DNA of 57,077 nt, the filler included, from Asterionella formosa (taxonomy: Eukaryota), in NCBI GenBank assembly GCA_002256025.1. It is 6 parts of 6 records of this genome, joined end to end, with 100 filler letters (N's around TTAATTAATTAA, not from the genome) between each part and the next. Parts side by side here need not be neighbours in the genome. Positions count along the whole stretch, not along the records: positions 28,614 to 38,042 come from NKIB01010669.1; positions 38,143 to 47,562 come from NKIB01010674.1; positions 47,663 to 57,077 come from NKIB01010687.1; 3 more parts are not named here. One strand, given 5' to 3'. The notes under the pieces are model-generated. The model saw only the letters and a list, made by a program, of their open reading frames with translations. It did not search any database and had not been told where the DNA came from. The stretch's first letter is position 1; the number at the start of each line of letters is the position of its first letter. Both the position numbers and the translations under genes were made by a program. This document shows positions 35,902 to 47,767 of this stretch, piece after piece.

Positions 35902-36657
35902 ATTGTAGTATGATAGACATGACTAATAGTCAAATGAATCAACTTTGGGTTTGCCAAGCTCCCATCAACCACATGTTTTATTCTGGGATAATGAGCTGGA
36001 CCATGTAAACTATTCAGGAGACCAATAGTTTGAATCTAATGATCAATGTTTATAAACCCATGATCGATGAATGTGAGATAGACATGGGTCTATTAGTGAA
36101 TGTTTGATCTAACAAATGCAAAGGACATTTGGAGATTGGTTCATTTGATTATTCAAACCAAACAAACCTAGAAGCCAGCTCAGTAACTCACAATCTGTCC
36201 ATAGTCTTCTTTGTCTAATGATAGAACTATTTAGAAAAGGGTAATGCTTTAACATCGTATTACCTACTCCCATTACCCCATGTATCCCCCAATACCAGGT
36301 ATCTGGTATCTACTCCTATCACAATACTGGTGTTCTTTCCCTCACTGAGGATGTTGGTCAATATCATTTCATTTTTGATCTTGGGATTCGTCGGGCTTTA
36401 ATGTCAATTTAATTAAGGAGCTAACCAAAACAACGTAGCATTCTAACAGCAGATTACTTGTTAAATCTAGGAGAAAGGATGCAGTTACGAACTAGCTTTT
36501 GAATGTTGTTTAAACCATTTCAACTGGATTCCACGACTTACTTCGTGCGCTCAACGATTGCTTTCTCTCATCGGTTCTTGGCTCTAGATAGCCCCAATCT
36601 GTAAAAATTGACGTCTGGGGTGGGGAAAGGTCGCTGATGCATTAGCGCTAGCATTTC

Positions 36658-37005
36658 TTAACGCTCCCAAAACTTGAAGCCGAAATAATAGAAAGTTGCG
36701 AGGAAGGGCGCCACCACGCCACCGCCCCAGAACCAAAGGTTGAAATTTCTCTTCTTTTCAGCGATCTCTTCAGCAGTTGGTGCGCGTCGTTCAACCAGAG
36801 AGAGTGTTTGGGATGACGAGAGGTAGTTTTTGGTACCTTCGGAGAGGGGATTCGAGTGCGGGATCGCACTGACGGCAGGTATCTCGGAAGAAACGTGAAC
36901 GGGAACCAATTTCAGCTGATTTTCTCGCGAAAACACATTGCGAGGTGCAAATGCCGCTACTTGGAAGAGAAAGCAGAGAGATAGTACGAATACCGAGCGC
37001 AACAT
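36658..37005 (-). CDS. Small nucleus-encoded plastid-targeted single-TM protein
   Basis: ATG 37005; signal MLRSVFVLSLCFLFQVAA|FAP (ASAFAP-type); C-terminal KKRNFNLWFWGGGVVAPFLATFYYFGFKFWER. Confidence 0.85.
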   Translation of the reverse strand: MLRSVFVLSLCFLFQVAAFAPRNVFSRENQLKLVPVHVSSEIPAVSAIPHSNPLSEGTKNYLSSSQTLSLVERRAPTAEEIAEKKRNFNLWFWGGGVVAPFLATFYYFGFKFWER

Positions 37006-38042
37006 GATGAATCGAGTCAATATTGGATAACTGACTGGGACTTGTCGGATGCGAAGCAAAAATCTTTTCATTGAGTCATCAGCTGGTGTCAACCTAGAGT
37101 ACGTAAAGAAGCACTGACGTCGTCAAAGCACTCACCCAAAACCACAACCAAGAACTACCGGTACCTGGTACGGTAGGTTGATAGCATGTATAACGATACA
37201 TATTATTACAACGCGTATACCGGTACATTCACCTACATGATGCATACGCACTACTAAACCCGACTCAACGTATGTACAGATATATACTACGGTAGAGGAC
37301 ACATTTATTACACCCACACGAACAATACACATTCAACGGTCTATCATGACATGTGCATAGCTATGGTCCATGATGTGTATGGAGATTAGCGGTAGCAGTT
37401 TGTGAAAAGAATACCGGTACATACGGTCAGCAAAATAATTTACGCCATTAGTAGAATGTGGCACCAAAATTTCGGTTACCCTTTCTGTTGATTTCTGATA
37501 GCCTTTCCGGAAAATTACTTCTCTAGATTTTATATGTAGTGATAAATAAAGGAAAAAGATATTTCGTCCCCCTACATCGATATTTTGTCCCCCTCTTTTT
37601 TAAACCCTTAAACCCTAGCCTACATAGCCTTCATATAAACCACCAATTATTTTTTGCTAGTACACGGAAATCAGTTGGCTTGATGACACTGCCGTGACAG
37701 CTGCTACTCATACTACACATGCACATCATTGTGTTCAAATTGACCCTGATGGCCTCAACTAAAGCAGTCAGAGCCTATTGAGGACAATACAGAGGAGGGA
37801 CTGGACGGCCCTGTACAGGCGTTCTACGGCGCTGTAATTCGAAGATACAGAGCGCAGTTGTGCACTTGAATGATCAGCCCTCGACCCTCAGTCTACATGA
37901 TGTCAAGGCGAGATAATTGTGGAGTTCATCATCTTTGCTGGCTTCCATTAAAAGATCAACAGAGGGAAAGCGACGGTACCTTGTCCACCGAAAATTCAAT
38001 TGAGCAGAAACCAGACCAACGAATCTTGGAAGTTGCATCTTG

Positions 38043-38142
38043 NNNNNNNNNNNNNNNNNNNNNNNNNNNNNNNNNNNNNNNNNNNNTTAATTAATTAANN
38101 NNNNNNNNNNNNNNNNNNNNNNNNNNNNNNNNNNNNNNNNNN
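38043..38142. other. Artificial contig linker
   Basis: N44-TTAATTAATTAA-N44. Confidence 0.98.
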
Positions 38143-38166
38143 CATCATCATCATCATCATCATCAT
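38143..38166 (+). repeat. (CAT)8 microsatellite at contig start
   Basis: Read directly; probable cause of the contig break. Confidence 0.9.
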
Positions 38167-38830
38167 GCAGGATCAAAGAAGATGATGGATTTTGTTTACA
38201 TTCCTTAAATTTTAGTACCGGAGTCCGAACTAACCACAGCCAAGTCCCTGCATGCCGCGCGCGGCTGGGCTGTTGTTTGTACTTCTACACGTTATATCAA
38301 ACTCGTGAACTATGCTGGGAAGTTCTGGTACCGGTACCAACAAAGGACAAATTCTTAGCAGTATATTATACCGGTAGCAGACTATGAGAGGAAACGAAGC
38401 TAAATTTCTCATTCAAAAGATCATTAAGTTAGCTACAGCAACTTGCTCTGGTGGGTATGTGATACTTTACCTCTCCTCTCCTGTGCGTGGTAGGAGTATG
38501 TACAGTGTACAGTGTACAGTATATACCGGTCCTGGTACCGTAAGACGGTACCGGTAATTTGTAGTCGCGGCGAAGGTGTAACAAAAAGTCTGCCAAAAGC
38601 AAGAGTTTATAAAATGGAGCCGAACAACAAATAGAAACTTTGTTGACCTGCTCCATTTCGATTACTATTTCGGGTATTCCAGATTAACTTGTTGGAACTG
38701 CTTCCTATCGATAACTGACTTTTGTATTTTATTGAATTGAATCGAATCGAATGGAATCAAACCGCTTCATTTACCATTAACTTTAGCCTTTATACGAATT
38801 CGTGTCAGTACACACAGAAACAGAAACAGG

Positions 38831-40252
38831 ATGGATCAATACAACGCCTACGGAGTACAATTCGACTCAGGAACAGCCAATCCTTACTTGATGCAGCATC
38901 AGATCCAACAAATGAATGATTCTATTCAGGAACAGCAGCATCGACAGATGCAACATGGATTTGGATACCCTTCGAGTGGCATTGATTATCCCGGAATGAA
39001 TGATGTCATGTGGTACGAGTTGTTGCCTATGTTGTGTGCTCTCTGCACGCCCAAACAATTATGGGTAGACTATTCTTATATACACGAGTGATTCTAACAT
39101 TCAAATATCTCTCTTTCTCTCTCTCTCGCTTTTACTCTTTCTCTCTCCCTCTCTCCAAATCAAAGTGGTAGAGGAGGAGGGACAAATAACCACATTGGCA
39201 ATATTCGATTCCGCCAACTTGTCAATGATCACAAACTCAGATATTTGGCCGCACCCAAGGTTGACAAGCCAAGGGTCGCCATGGAAGTTGTTGTGATGTG
39301 GAGAGGACTCGACCCTCCTGGAAGATTCTTAACCAAGACAGATGCAACTCAGGGCGATGACAGTCTTTGGCACGATGTCGGGGACAAGAAGGCGAGAGAA
39401 AAGGCATCGCAGTGTTTGCGAGAAAGGACACCAGAAGTCATTCCTTTTGTGAAGCAAGTCCAAGAAGGAGAAAAGAGGAAAAAGGAGGACGGAAATCATG
39501 TCAACGAAGGAGAAAATTCATTATCGGATGGTATCGTCATGGAGGCAGTAGCACATGTCCCCGACTCCATCGCGTCGTCCGGTGTACGCACCCCTGATGC
39601 TACCCCGTCCATCAGTGATGCCACTAGAAAAATGTTGCTCCCTGCGTCAAATCAGCCTTCGACTCCAATAATTGGAAACAAGGACAAAAAGCGCCTCACT
39701 CGAGAAGATTTTGCAGAGGCTGTTCCGACCGCCAACACCTTTGAAGATGTATTTGACGATGATTTTGAGGATGACAATGATGATGATGGCCTCACACTGG
39801 AGGCATACCAAAATCAAATTCAAGAATTCTTGGAAAAAGCACCCAAGGGAGATGAATGTGATGAGTATTCTGTGGGTGAGCGTTCTCTCCTAATGATGGA
39901 GACATTATCCTCGAATTCATGGGTCAAGTCCTTCCAATCCCTTGGATCCGTGATGGGACAAGGGAGTACAATGATGATGTCGATGAATGCATCAATGAAG
40001 GACATTGAAGAGACGGACGATCTTCCTGCACAAGAGATCAAACAGGAAAAATCAACTCGATCACAAAAGTTTTCTGCCATTGGGGGTCAGAATTCAATCA
40101 GTATGTTGTCGGACATGACGGACTTTAAATCGACAAGGTCTTCCAAATTGGGTGCCAGTATGGCACCGTCCAATTTGTCAATGATGTCAGAACTCACTGA
40201 TCTTAGTGAAGGTATTAGGAATATGGATATGGATAGGCGAAGGGATTTGTGA
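38831..40252 (+). CDS. DUF6824-domain protein; exons 38831-39012 and 39166-40252
   Basis: Phase-2 splice gives PGMNDVMCGRGGGTNNHIGNIRFRQLV...PPGRFL...WHDVGDKKAREKASQCLRE. The intron has a CT-rich tract. Confidence 0.9.
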
Positions 40253-40561
40253 AATTACATTTTCAAACGTAATTCGAACCGAGCGTATTCCACGCTCCTG
40301 CAGGCGAGACAGATGGTTTGTGATTGTTAGGAATGTTCAAGTTAATGAATTTACGTTGTTAAGTAGAATTTGTCGTGAGCGGGTTCACCAAGGTTTCGTC
40401 TTCGCCAGAAGCGACTATCGGCAGCTAGAGTTAGAAGTGGAACCGGGCAGATCCTAATCGGAACAGCAAAAACGATTATTGCAGTGTCAGACTCGATCTG
40501 CAACAGGATAAACATACTTTCTCATTAAAACTAATTGTGCAGTATTCCACTAATATGGCTC

Positions 40562-42114
40562 CTAATTTCCCCCGGCAGCACTCCTTGCCATGGATTCGAT
40601 GCGTTCCCAATCTTTCTCCAGATGATTCGTTGCTTCGCCTGTCCGGCCCAGGGACTTGCCTGATTTCCACCCTAATTTTTGGAGCATCTGGTTCCCGATA
40701 TTTTCTTCACCAAGAATATCTTGTGGTCGAATTTCAGCAGCTACCACACTCGGTTCTAGAAATGGCAATGAAACGGGTGCCACTTCTGGTTCATGAAGAC
40801 GACGGCGTTCCCACGCACGGTCTCTATATTCCTTTTTGATGCGTTGTTGCTCTTTCCATTTGGCAACATTCACCTTGTGTCGTTCTGATTGGTCTTGGTG
40901 ACGCTGAAGATGAGATACATCCTTAAATTTGCGCCGACACCACGGACAGATCGGTTTACCAGCCTTGGTAAGTAGTAATGTGTCCCGAGACAGCCACCGC
41001 TCCATGTTTGCAGAGTAAGCCTTGTGAACGACGGGAAGACTTTTCTTGGGGACGACCTTCTTCTCTGAGGGAGGGGAAGTCTCCATGGCAGCTGCCTTGT
41101 TGCTTCCCGGAAGATTTTTGGTTTTCAACGTAATGGCAATGGCTGGTGCCTTGACAATGAGGGATGCTGCCACGATTTCCTCTTTCGTTGCTTGTTGTTC
41201 GACTGGTTGAAAGGGAGAATCTTCCTCCGGCGTGTGGCGGTAATATTTTTGTTCCTTGGTACTAAAGTACAGTTTAGTCATTGGGTCAAAGAAGAACTGA
41301 CTAATGGCATGATAAAACATGCCAGATCTGGCATCGAATACGTATGTAGCACTTCGTTTGTCAAAGGGAGGTGGCCACTGCACAGTATTTACTGTATCTC
41401 GTTTCTTCGGCCGTTTTTTGGGTCGACCAAATTCGTCGCAGTCTTCTGGAATGTCCGACTGATGTTCGGAAAACGAGCCCCTTGGTCGATCTTGATGCTT
41501 AGGTTGACCTTCACACCGATAGCAGACATCATCACTCTCTGTATTCCAAGATTGGCACTAGTTTGTATCATGCGAGAGGTGTGATGTGCGTGTAATTAAA
41601 CAAGGAAATAGGATTCAGTCAGGGTCAGTACAATGAATAGAATTAAAAAACGAACGTTGGTACTATCGCTTATGTCTGTACCTCCATGCACTTCCACTCG
41701 CGGTAGCGATCCCATTTCGAACTATGCACTCGAGAAGTGGAATCTCGGTTGCCATCTTGGATCAAAAACAAGGAAGATGTGTCAAGGCAAGTGTGAGCCA
41801 AAGGTTGCGATTATGAACCAAAACTAGTAACTTCCGCCACCACATGGACTAAGAATTAGCCTCATAGATTCATAGCATTGACAAGATATGGACAGCAGGA
41901 CAGTACTCCTTTCCTAGTGCTGAATGCTCGATGTTAAATCACAGTCATGAAATTCATCGTCGGTCACAAAAAAGGAATAATACGTATTTTTGTTTCACAG
42001 TAAAAGGCATTCACCTCCTCGACTTTCTTGCTTGTAGCCTCGACTTTCCTCGCGCCGAAGATGACTGGAAGGAACATCCTCACTGCGTTTTGGACCAGAG
42101 CCATTGGATGACAT
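40562..42114 (-). CDS. RBM5/RBM10/SUA-like splicing-associated protein (RanBP2 ZnF, OCRE, C2H2, G-patch); exons 42114-42015, 41755-41682, 41557-40562
   Basis: Splicing yields WKCME|CQSWNTESDDVCYRC. OCRE YVFDARSGMFYH...FFFDP...LYF...YY; CPWCRRKF...H...H; ENIGNQMLQKLGWKSGKSLG. First intron less certain. Confidence 0.85.
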
Positions 42115-42576
42115 GATGAGGCTGGCAAGAAAATAAATTAGCGGTTTGTCGGATTAACAAAATATGTGTCAATGGAATCATCAATAATCGGAACAAACCG
42201 CTGCTCCATTACGTGTTGTTTCTCTATATATTTTATATGAAAGACTATAATTATTATTACTACTGACAAATTCATTTATTTCTACTATTTATCGATATAT
42301 TATGTAGATTCAGTCACTATCATCATGCAATGGCTGATCATGCATACATACCTGGCATCATGACAAAACGCAGAAAAATTACCTTAATTGGAGCTTGCAG
42401 TTTGGGGTACCAAGTAACCCCTAATTTGCTAAATGCCATTACCTATTTGCGGTCAAAATAAAATTTTGGGTTAGTACAAAATAGGTGTCACACTGGTCAT
42501 GATTCACTGCAATCACGATGCTGGGAACCAGCATTATGGATAGAAAACAGGCTGCGTTGCAAATAAAATTACCTAG

Positions 42577-43686
42577 CTAGCATAGGAGCCGCTCTTTGGA
42601 AAGGATGGCAACACCAGAATCCCTTGAACTACTCCCAACACAAGAATGATTGGACTTATTTTTGTAAATCATAAGCTTGATTTGGCAATGGTACAGTTGA
42701 GACTCTTCTGCATCATCACACATGGAGTCTAGAATGTCCTGCATGCGACGACGACGACTTTTTGTTCGATTTACAGCACTGACGATGCTATTCATGGATG
42801 AGACGCCAGTGTCACTCTGGGTGGTGCAAGTAGTAGCCGCTGTTGTTGTATCTGTTGTATCAGGAGGAAGTGAGGATGATGATGACTTGAAGCAGGCAAT
42901 TTCTTGTTGCATTTCAACATGGCCAGATTTGATTGGTTCATTATCGTTGACCAAGTTATTTGAAGAACAGATACGGGATGAAGGGGAGGAACACAACAAA
43001 GGAAGATGGTCTTGGACCTCTACACAAGAGGTATTTGTTTCCCAACAAGGAAAGACTGGTTCAGAGATGCTCTTTGTTTCTACGGAACCAATTCCATGAG
43101 CATCGAGTTTATTGACAATTATACATGATGGTTCAGAGCAAGCTGGTATTTGCGGTGGAGGCAGGCTAGCTGTGGTTTTCAGCGCCAGCGAAGCTTGAAC
43201 CAGAACAGGCACCAAGGAGTTCGTCCACCGCACTCTTGTCAAATCAGGGTTATTGGGAATATCAAAACGTGCAAGATGCTGATACGAGACTGCCAATGAG
43301 TGATTCGCAATCTGTCCTTGATGATTATACTTGCACACAACTTTGATTTCATCTGGATTTTCATGAGGAAACATCAATCCATGTTCATTGCCTTCGAAAT
43401 CCGTTTGAGTTGACCCTCGACGAAGAATCGGTCGAGCTTTGGTCAAAAAATAGCAGGAACTTGGGTGCGCTGTATGACGCGTATGATGAAACTTTGAAAA
43501 AAGCGAACAAAGAGAGCCGCGGCGTGGACGTCGGGATGCAATTTTGATATTTTCGCAACAGTTTTCATTCATCGTTTGAATTGTTGCTCGCCATGATTTA
43601 TGAATTGTGTAATACTGACCAAGAAAAACATCTTGTGAATTTAAATTGTGATCTCGTTTATACGAAAAATTGTTTGTGAGCGCCAT
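42577..43686 (-). CDS. Hypothetical Ser/Thr-rich protein
   Basis: Open frame of about 370 codons from ATG 43686; no recognisable domain; GGTACC array 170 bp upstream. Confidence 0.5.
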   Translation of the reverse strand: MALTNNFSYKRDHNLNSQDVFLGQYYTIHKSWRATIQTMNENCCENIKIASRRPRRGSLCSLFSKFHHTRHTAHPSSCYFLTKARPILRRGSTQTDFEGNEHGLMFPHENPDEIKVVCKYNHQGQIANHSLAVSYQHLARFDIPNNPDLTRVRWTNSLVPVLVQASLALKTTASLPPPQIPACSEPSCIIVNKLDAHGIGSVETKSISEPVFPCWETNTSCVEVQDHLPLLCSSPSSRICSSNNLVNDNEPIKSGHVEMQQEIACFKSSSSSLPPDTTDTTTAATTCTTQSDTGVSSMNSIVSAVNRTKSRRRRMQDILDSMCDDAEESQLYHCQIKLMIYKNKSNHSCVGSSSRDSGVAILSKERLLC

Positions 43687-43853
43687 CCGATGAACAAACG
43701 AGAAGCGATTGTTCAGAAAAATGTGAGACCGCCAGATATTTGCACATCTTGTGATTCGTGTTTTTGTTTCGTGTTGTTTTTCATACAATGTTACATGTTC
43801 GTGCATACCGGTATATAAAAATGAAATTATTAACTCGAGTAATGAGATACTAT

Positions 43854-43880
43854 GGTACCTGGTACCAGGTACCTGGTACC
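43854..43880. repeat. Four GGTACC units at 7-bp period
   Basis: ggtacc-t-ggtacc-a-ggtacc-t-ggtacc; contains the perfect 20-bp palindrome ggtacctggtaccaggtacc. Confidence 0.95.
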
Positions 43881-43975
43881 GTTATGTTGAGAATGGGTGG
43901 TTCGAAGAAAAATGGGTCCTCCGCCCTCAGTCCATGCACCTCCATTTTGCTCGAGATAGAGGCATATACGGTAGT

Positions 43976-44401
43976 NNNNNNNNNNNNNNNNNNNNNNNNN
44001 NNNNNNNNNNNNNNNNNNNNNNNNNNNNNNNNNNNNNNNNNNNNNNNNNNNNNNNNNNNNNNNNNNNNNNNNNNNNNNNNNNNNNNNNNNNNNNNNNNNN
44101 NNNNNNNNNNNNNNNNNNNNNNNNNNNNNNNNNNNNNNNNNNNNNNNNNNNNNNNNNNNNNNNNNNNNNNNNNNNNNNNNNNNNNNNNNNNNNNNNNNNN
44201 NNNNNNNNNNNNNNNNNNNNNNNNNNNNNNNNNNNNNNNNNNNNNNNNNNNNNNNNNNNNNNNNNNNNNNNNNNNNNNNNNNNNNNNNNNNNNNNNNNNN
44301 NNNNNNNNNNNNNNNNNNNNNNNNNNNNNNNNNNNNNNNNNNNNNNNNNNNNNNNNNNNNNNNNNNNNNNNNNNNNNNNNNNNNNNNNNNNNNNNNNNNN
44401 N
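43976..44401. other. Intra-scaffold gap (426 N, no linker)
   Basis: Plain N run lacking TTAATTAATTAA. Confidence 0.9.
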
Positions 44402-44562
44402 AATCACATCAACAAGAAAACTCGTTGATTGGAGCAACAAGTTGAACTTCCGACAAACAAAGAGTCTCACACTTATAAATCACTATTATTCCCTTTGGCA
44501 ACGACGCAGCCATCCGAGGAAACTTAAAGAAGGGCGACAAACAAATCAATCTATCATATCAT

Positions 44563-45094
44563 ATGAAAGCGATCGCATATCTTGTCGCTCTCGTGGCGAT
44601 CGTTCCTTTGGTTCTTGGCTTCGTTGTAGTATCTCCTCCTGCTCGACAGAGACAACAACGACGAACTTGCACAAGACTCTTTGCAAAAGTCCAAAAACAA
44701 AAAGCAAATCATGAAAAAACATGGCAATCTAATTTTGACAAATTACAAGGCATTATCAATGTTGATGGACCAGGGTCATCAGCAATTAATGGAGATGAAG
44801 ATTTGTATCAATGGCTTCAAGAACAACGACGACAACATCAACTATTAGCAGAAGGAAAAAAGTGGTACGTTTGATTTGCTTGTTTGTTAGTTGATACATT
44901 TGCAACCTACTACTATAATACCATTGGTTGTTGTACTGTACTGTAATCGGAAGAACCTTTTTTCTAACAATATGAACTTCGCGTTATTATTTGTCCATGA
45001 CAGTAGACTCACCAAGACAAGGGCAACTGCATTAGAGCGCATGGGAGTTATTGGTGATTCTGATAGTAATTCATCGAAACATTCGAGTTCTTAG
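44563..45094 (+). CDS. Small helicase-associated (HA) domain protein with a plastid-type presequence; exons 44563-44864 and 45004-45094
   Basis: MKAIAYLVALVAIVPLVLG|FVV...TRLFA; WQSNFDKL...LYQWLQEQRRQ...KK-C-RLTKTRATALERMG after a phase-2 splice. Confidence 0.75.
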
Positions 45095-46252
45095 TTGGAG
45101 GATCTCTGCCTTTGATTGGCTATACTAAGTAACAAAACTAGCTGATGTTCTGGAAAGAAGGGAATTAAATTCCATAGTTGTGCAGTACTGTCTACATAAA
45201 CCAACAGCCCTTCACCTAGTTTGTTTGCTGTAAGGAATGTTGTGATTGCTTGAACCTTGTATAATTGTTGAGCATTTTGTAAAGGAGCAATGGAAGATTT
45301 TTATATTTTCATGCAGGTATTAGAGGTTTTGACAATCACTGGCTGAGCATCTTCTTGTGAGTATAACTCAGTACCATGTTACTTTGTAGGATGATTTGTG
45401 TGACAATGGATCAGGAGAGGTTTTGTGTCTCCACTGCATAATGTGAAACTACACTTTAGGTGCCATTAGTGCATATTCATGAATAATTAATTGGAGTAAT
45501 GTACCAGTATATGTGATAACAGCTATCTCAATGGATGAGAAAAAATGAAAGGCTGAAGATAGTAATGTAAACAGCATATGCACTTCGAAAGTAAGTTCTA
45601 GATTATTGTAAGAAAGTTATTTTTGAACTAAAAACAGCTACAAGTGTGAAAGAGTAACGGAAAGGAATAAAAGCAAGCACCCACCAAGTGCACCACTGTA
45701 CAAGAGGGATGGTCAGCAATGCTGCAGCGGAAAAAAGGGACAGTCATTAGTTGGTGACATCATGATAACATGAAAACTAGACATGAAATTATAATCTCGT
45801 CTAGTACACTTACTACCGGTATACCACCAGTAGACTATAAAAATGGAATAGCCTAGAAAAGTCTAGACTACCGGTAATGGTAGTGGATTTGCTTACAGTA
45901 AGTTTTAAAAATATATATTTTCCATATACCTGTATACCGTGGTCGTGGCTACACCGCCTGCTCTAAGCATGAGTACTGGTGTGTGTTGCTCGATCGTCAT
46001 GCATACAAACGCGTGCTGGTATTTAGCACCAGGTACCGGTGTACACAGCTGTATATTCTTAGCATTATGCTCATACAATATACTGATTGATGGCTGTGGT
46101 CCTGATTTGTAATTTTGTCTCTGGCTGGAGCCCAATTGCTGATACTCATGCTAACGATAAACACACACCAAACTCTTGAATAAATCTACATTATATCATC
46201 ACTCTTATCCTATTAAAGACATACCCCATCCACCCATCCAATCATTGACAAC

Positions 46253-47562
46253 ATGTCCGATCATTGCGAAGAACAAGAAATGGAAGCGGAGGCTCTGCAA
46301 GCCATATTCGATACTGCCTTTGAAGCAATTTCATCGTCGTTTCCCGGCATTGAATGGTCCATCAAGTTGCTCCCAGTGGATTGTGGACGAGATGAAAGTG
46401 ACGATGAAGAAGAAGACCAAAACTTTGTTGCCATTAAATTATTTGCGAAGCTTCCAATGGATTATCCAGAATTGAGTTTGCCGGAATTAAATATACAAAT
46501 TATCAAGGCACGTGCACTACTTACTTTTTGCTATCCAATGAATGTGAAACCAACCAACTACCTATACTCCGGTGCTGACAATAACTAACTAACCCTATTG
46601 TATTTTTTATTGAACCCGCACTCATATTTTCAGGGTCTTACGGAAGAACATCGAATTCAATTATTAGAAATGGCCAATGAGGAAGCAAAGAACAATGAAG
46701 GGATGCCTGCTATCTATGCCATTGCTGAAGTCTTACGTGAATGGTTGGCGGATAATAATCAACCTGGATTAGATGATGCATCCATGCATGCACAAATGAT
46801 TCGAAAGCAAAAAGATCAAGCCAAACAAAAGGAGGTACGTTTTATGATTGGTATTGATATCACACATTATATGATGTGTTTGAGTTTGTTGGTTTGAGTG
46901 ACTTGTCATCCGGCAAAGCAAATGAAACATACCGACGAAACAGCAAGAACTAAAAGTGTTGTGAACCAAATTTGTCATATCCATCATTGGTTCGCGTCAA
47001 GTCCTTGCAAGAATAGATACACTATACAGTGTATGGCGTAGATTCAAGATCCAATCAAGGGTTATCATTGGAAAATCATTTGTGCCGCCAAGGCACAAAT
47101 GAAATCCAAACTGTCTTGAGGGGATAATATCTACTGGCTACATTTCTTTGTGTTTCTGAACTAACCATCATTTTTTTTACTAAATTGGGGGGGGGGGGGG
47201 GGGGGCGCGGGGCGGCGACGTGAAGAAGGGACACCATGTAACAAGGAAAACTTTGAAAGATGGAGAGATGCCTTTGCAAAAGAAATGGAGGAAAAAATTA
47301 TTCTGGACGAGGCAGCCGCCTTGGGTGATGCCACAAAAAAGAAGAAAGTATTGATGGAAAAGAAGGAGGACAAGGCCGGTCGTATTACTGGATTTGCTCA
47401 CTTTAGTGGCAAGACACTCAATTTGGAAGCACTTGAACGTGCAGCGGAAGAGGCAGAAGCACAGGAAGTGACGGAATCAGAATTTGGTGAAGTTGATGAA
47501 GAACTCTTTGACAATGATGAGGACTTAGATGACTTGGATTTTGACAGTAATGATGACGACGA
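46253..47562 (+). CDS. RWD-domain protein (RWDD1/Gir2-like), 3'-partial; exons 46253-46507, 46634-46834, and about 47190->47562
   Basis: EEQEMEAEALQAIF, LPMDYPE, NEGMPAIYAIAEVLREWL, GTPCNKENFERW, RITG...F, VDEELF. The third exon boundary lies in low-quality sequence. Confidence 0.88.
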
Positions 47563-47662
47563 NNNNNNNNNNNNNNNNNNNNNNNNNNNNNNNNNNNNNN
47601 NNNNNNTTAATTAATTAANNNNNNNNNNNNNNNNNNNNNNNNNNNNNNNNNNNNNNNNNNNN
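47563..47662. other. Artificial contig linker
   Basis: N44-TTAATTAATTAA-N44. Confidence 0.98.
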
Positions 47663-47767
47663 TAACAGTACCGGGACTGTCGAGCACACCTTTTATTTAT
47701 ATTGTTACGTATCATTTGGTATGTTTCCCGGACTTTCTTTCACTCATGAAATAAAAAGGAAAGAAGG

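Noticed and set aside
37115..37120. TGACGT (aureochrome/bZIP-type site) upstream of the plastid protein gene
   Set aside because: A single hexamer is expected by chance in a window this size.
37595..37620. Telomere-like aaaccct motifs (also ttagggtt near 17900)
   Set aside because: Only one or two imperfect units at internal positions; more likely TE terminal sequence.
43751..44714. Long ORFs spanning the N gap
   Set aside because: Open only because of the Ns.
47187..47212. G19 run, a potential G-quadruplex or poly-Gly/Pro ORF
   Set aside because: Falls where an acceptor AG and Glu-rich codons of the RWD gene are expected; most likely a low-quality base-calling artefact.
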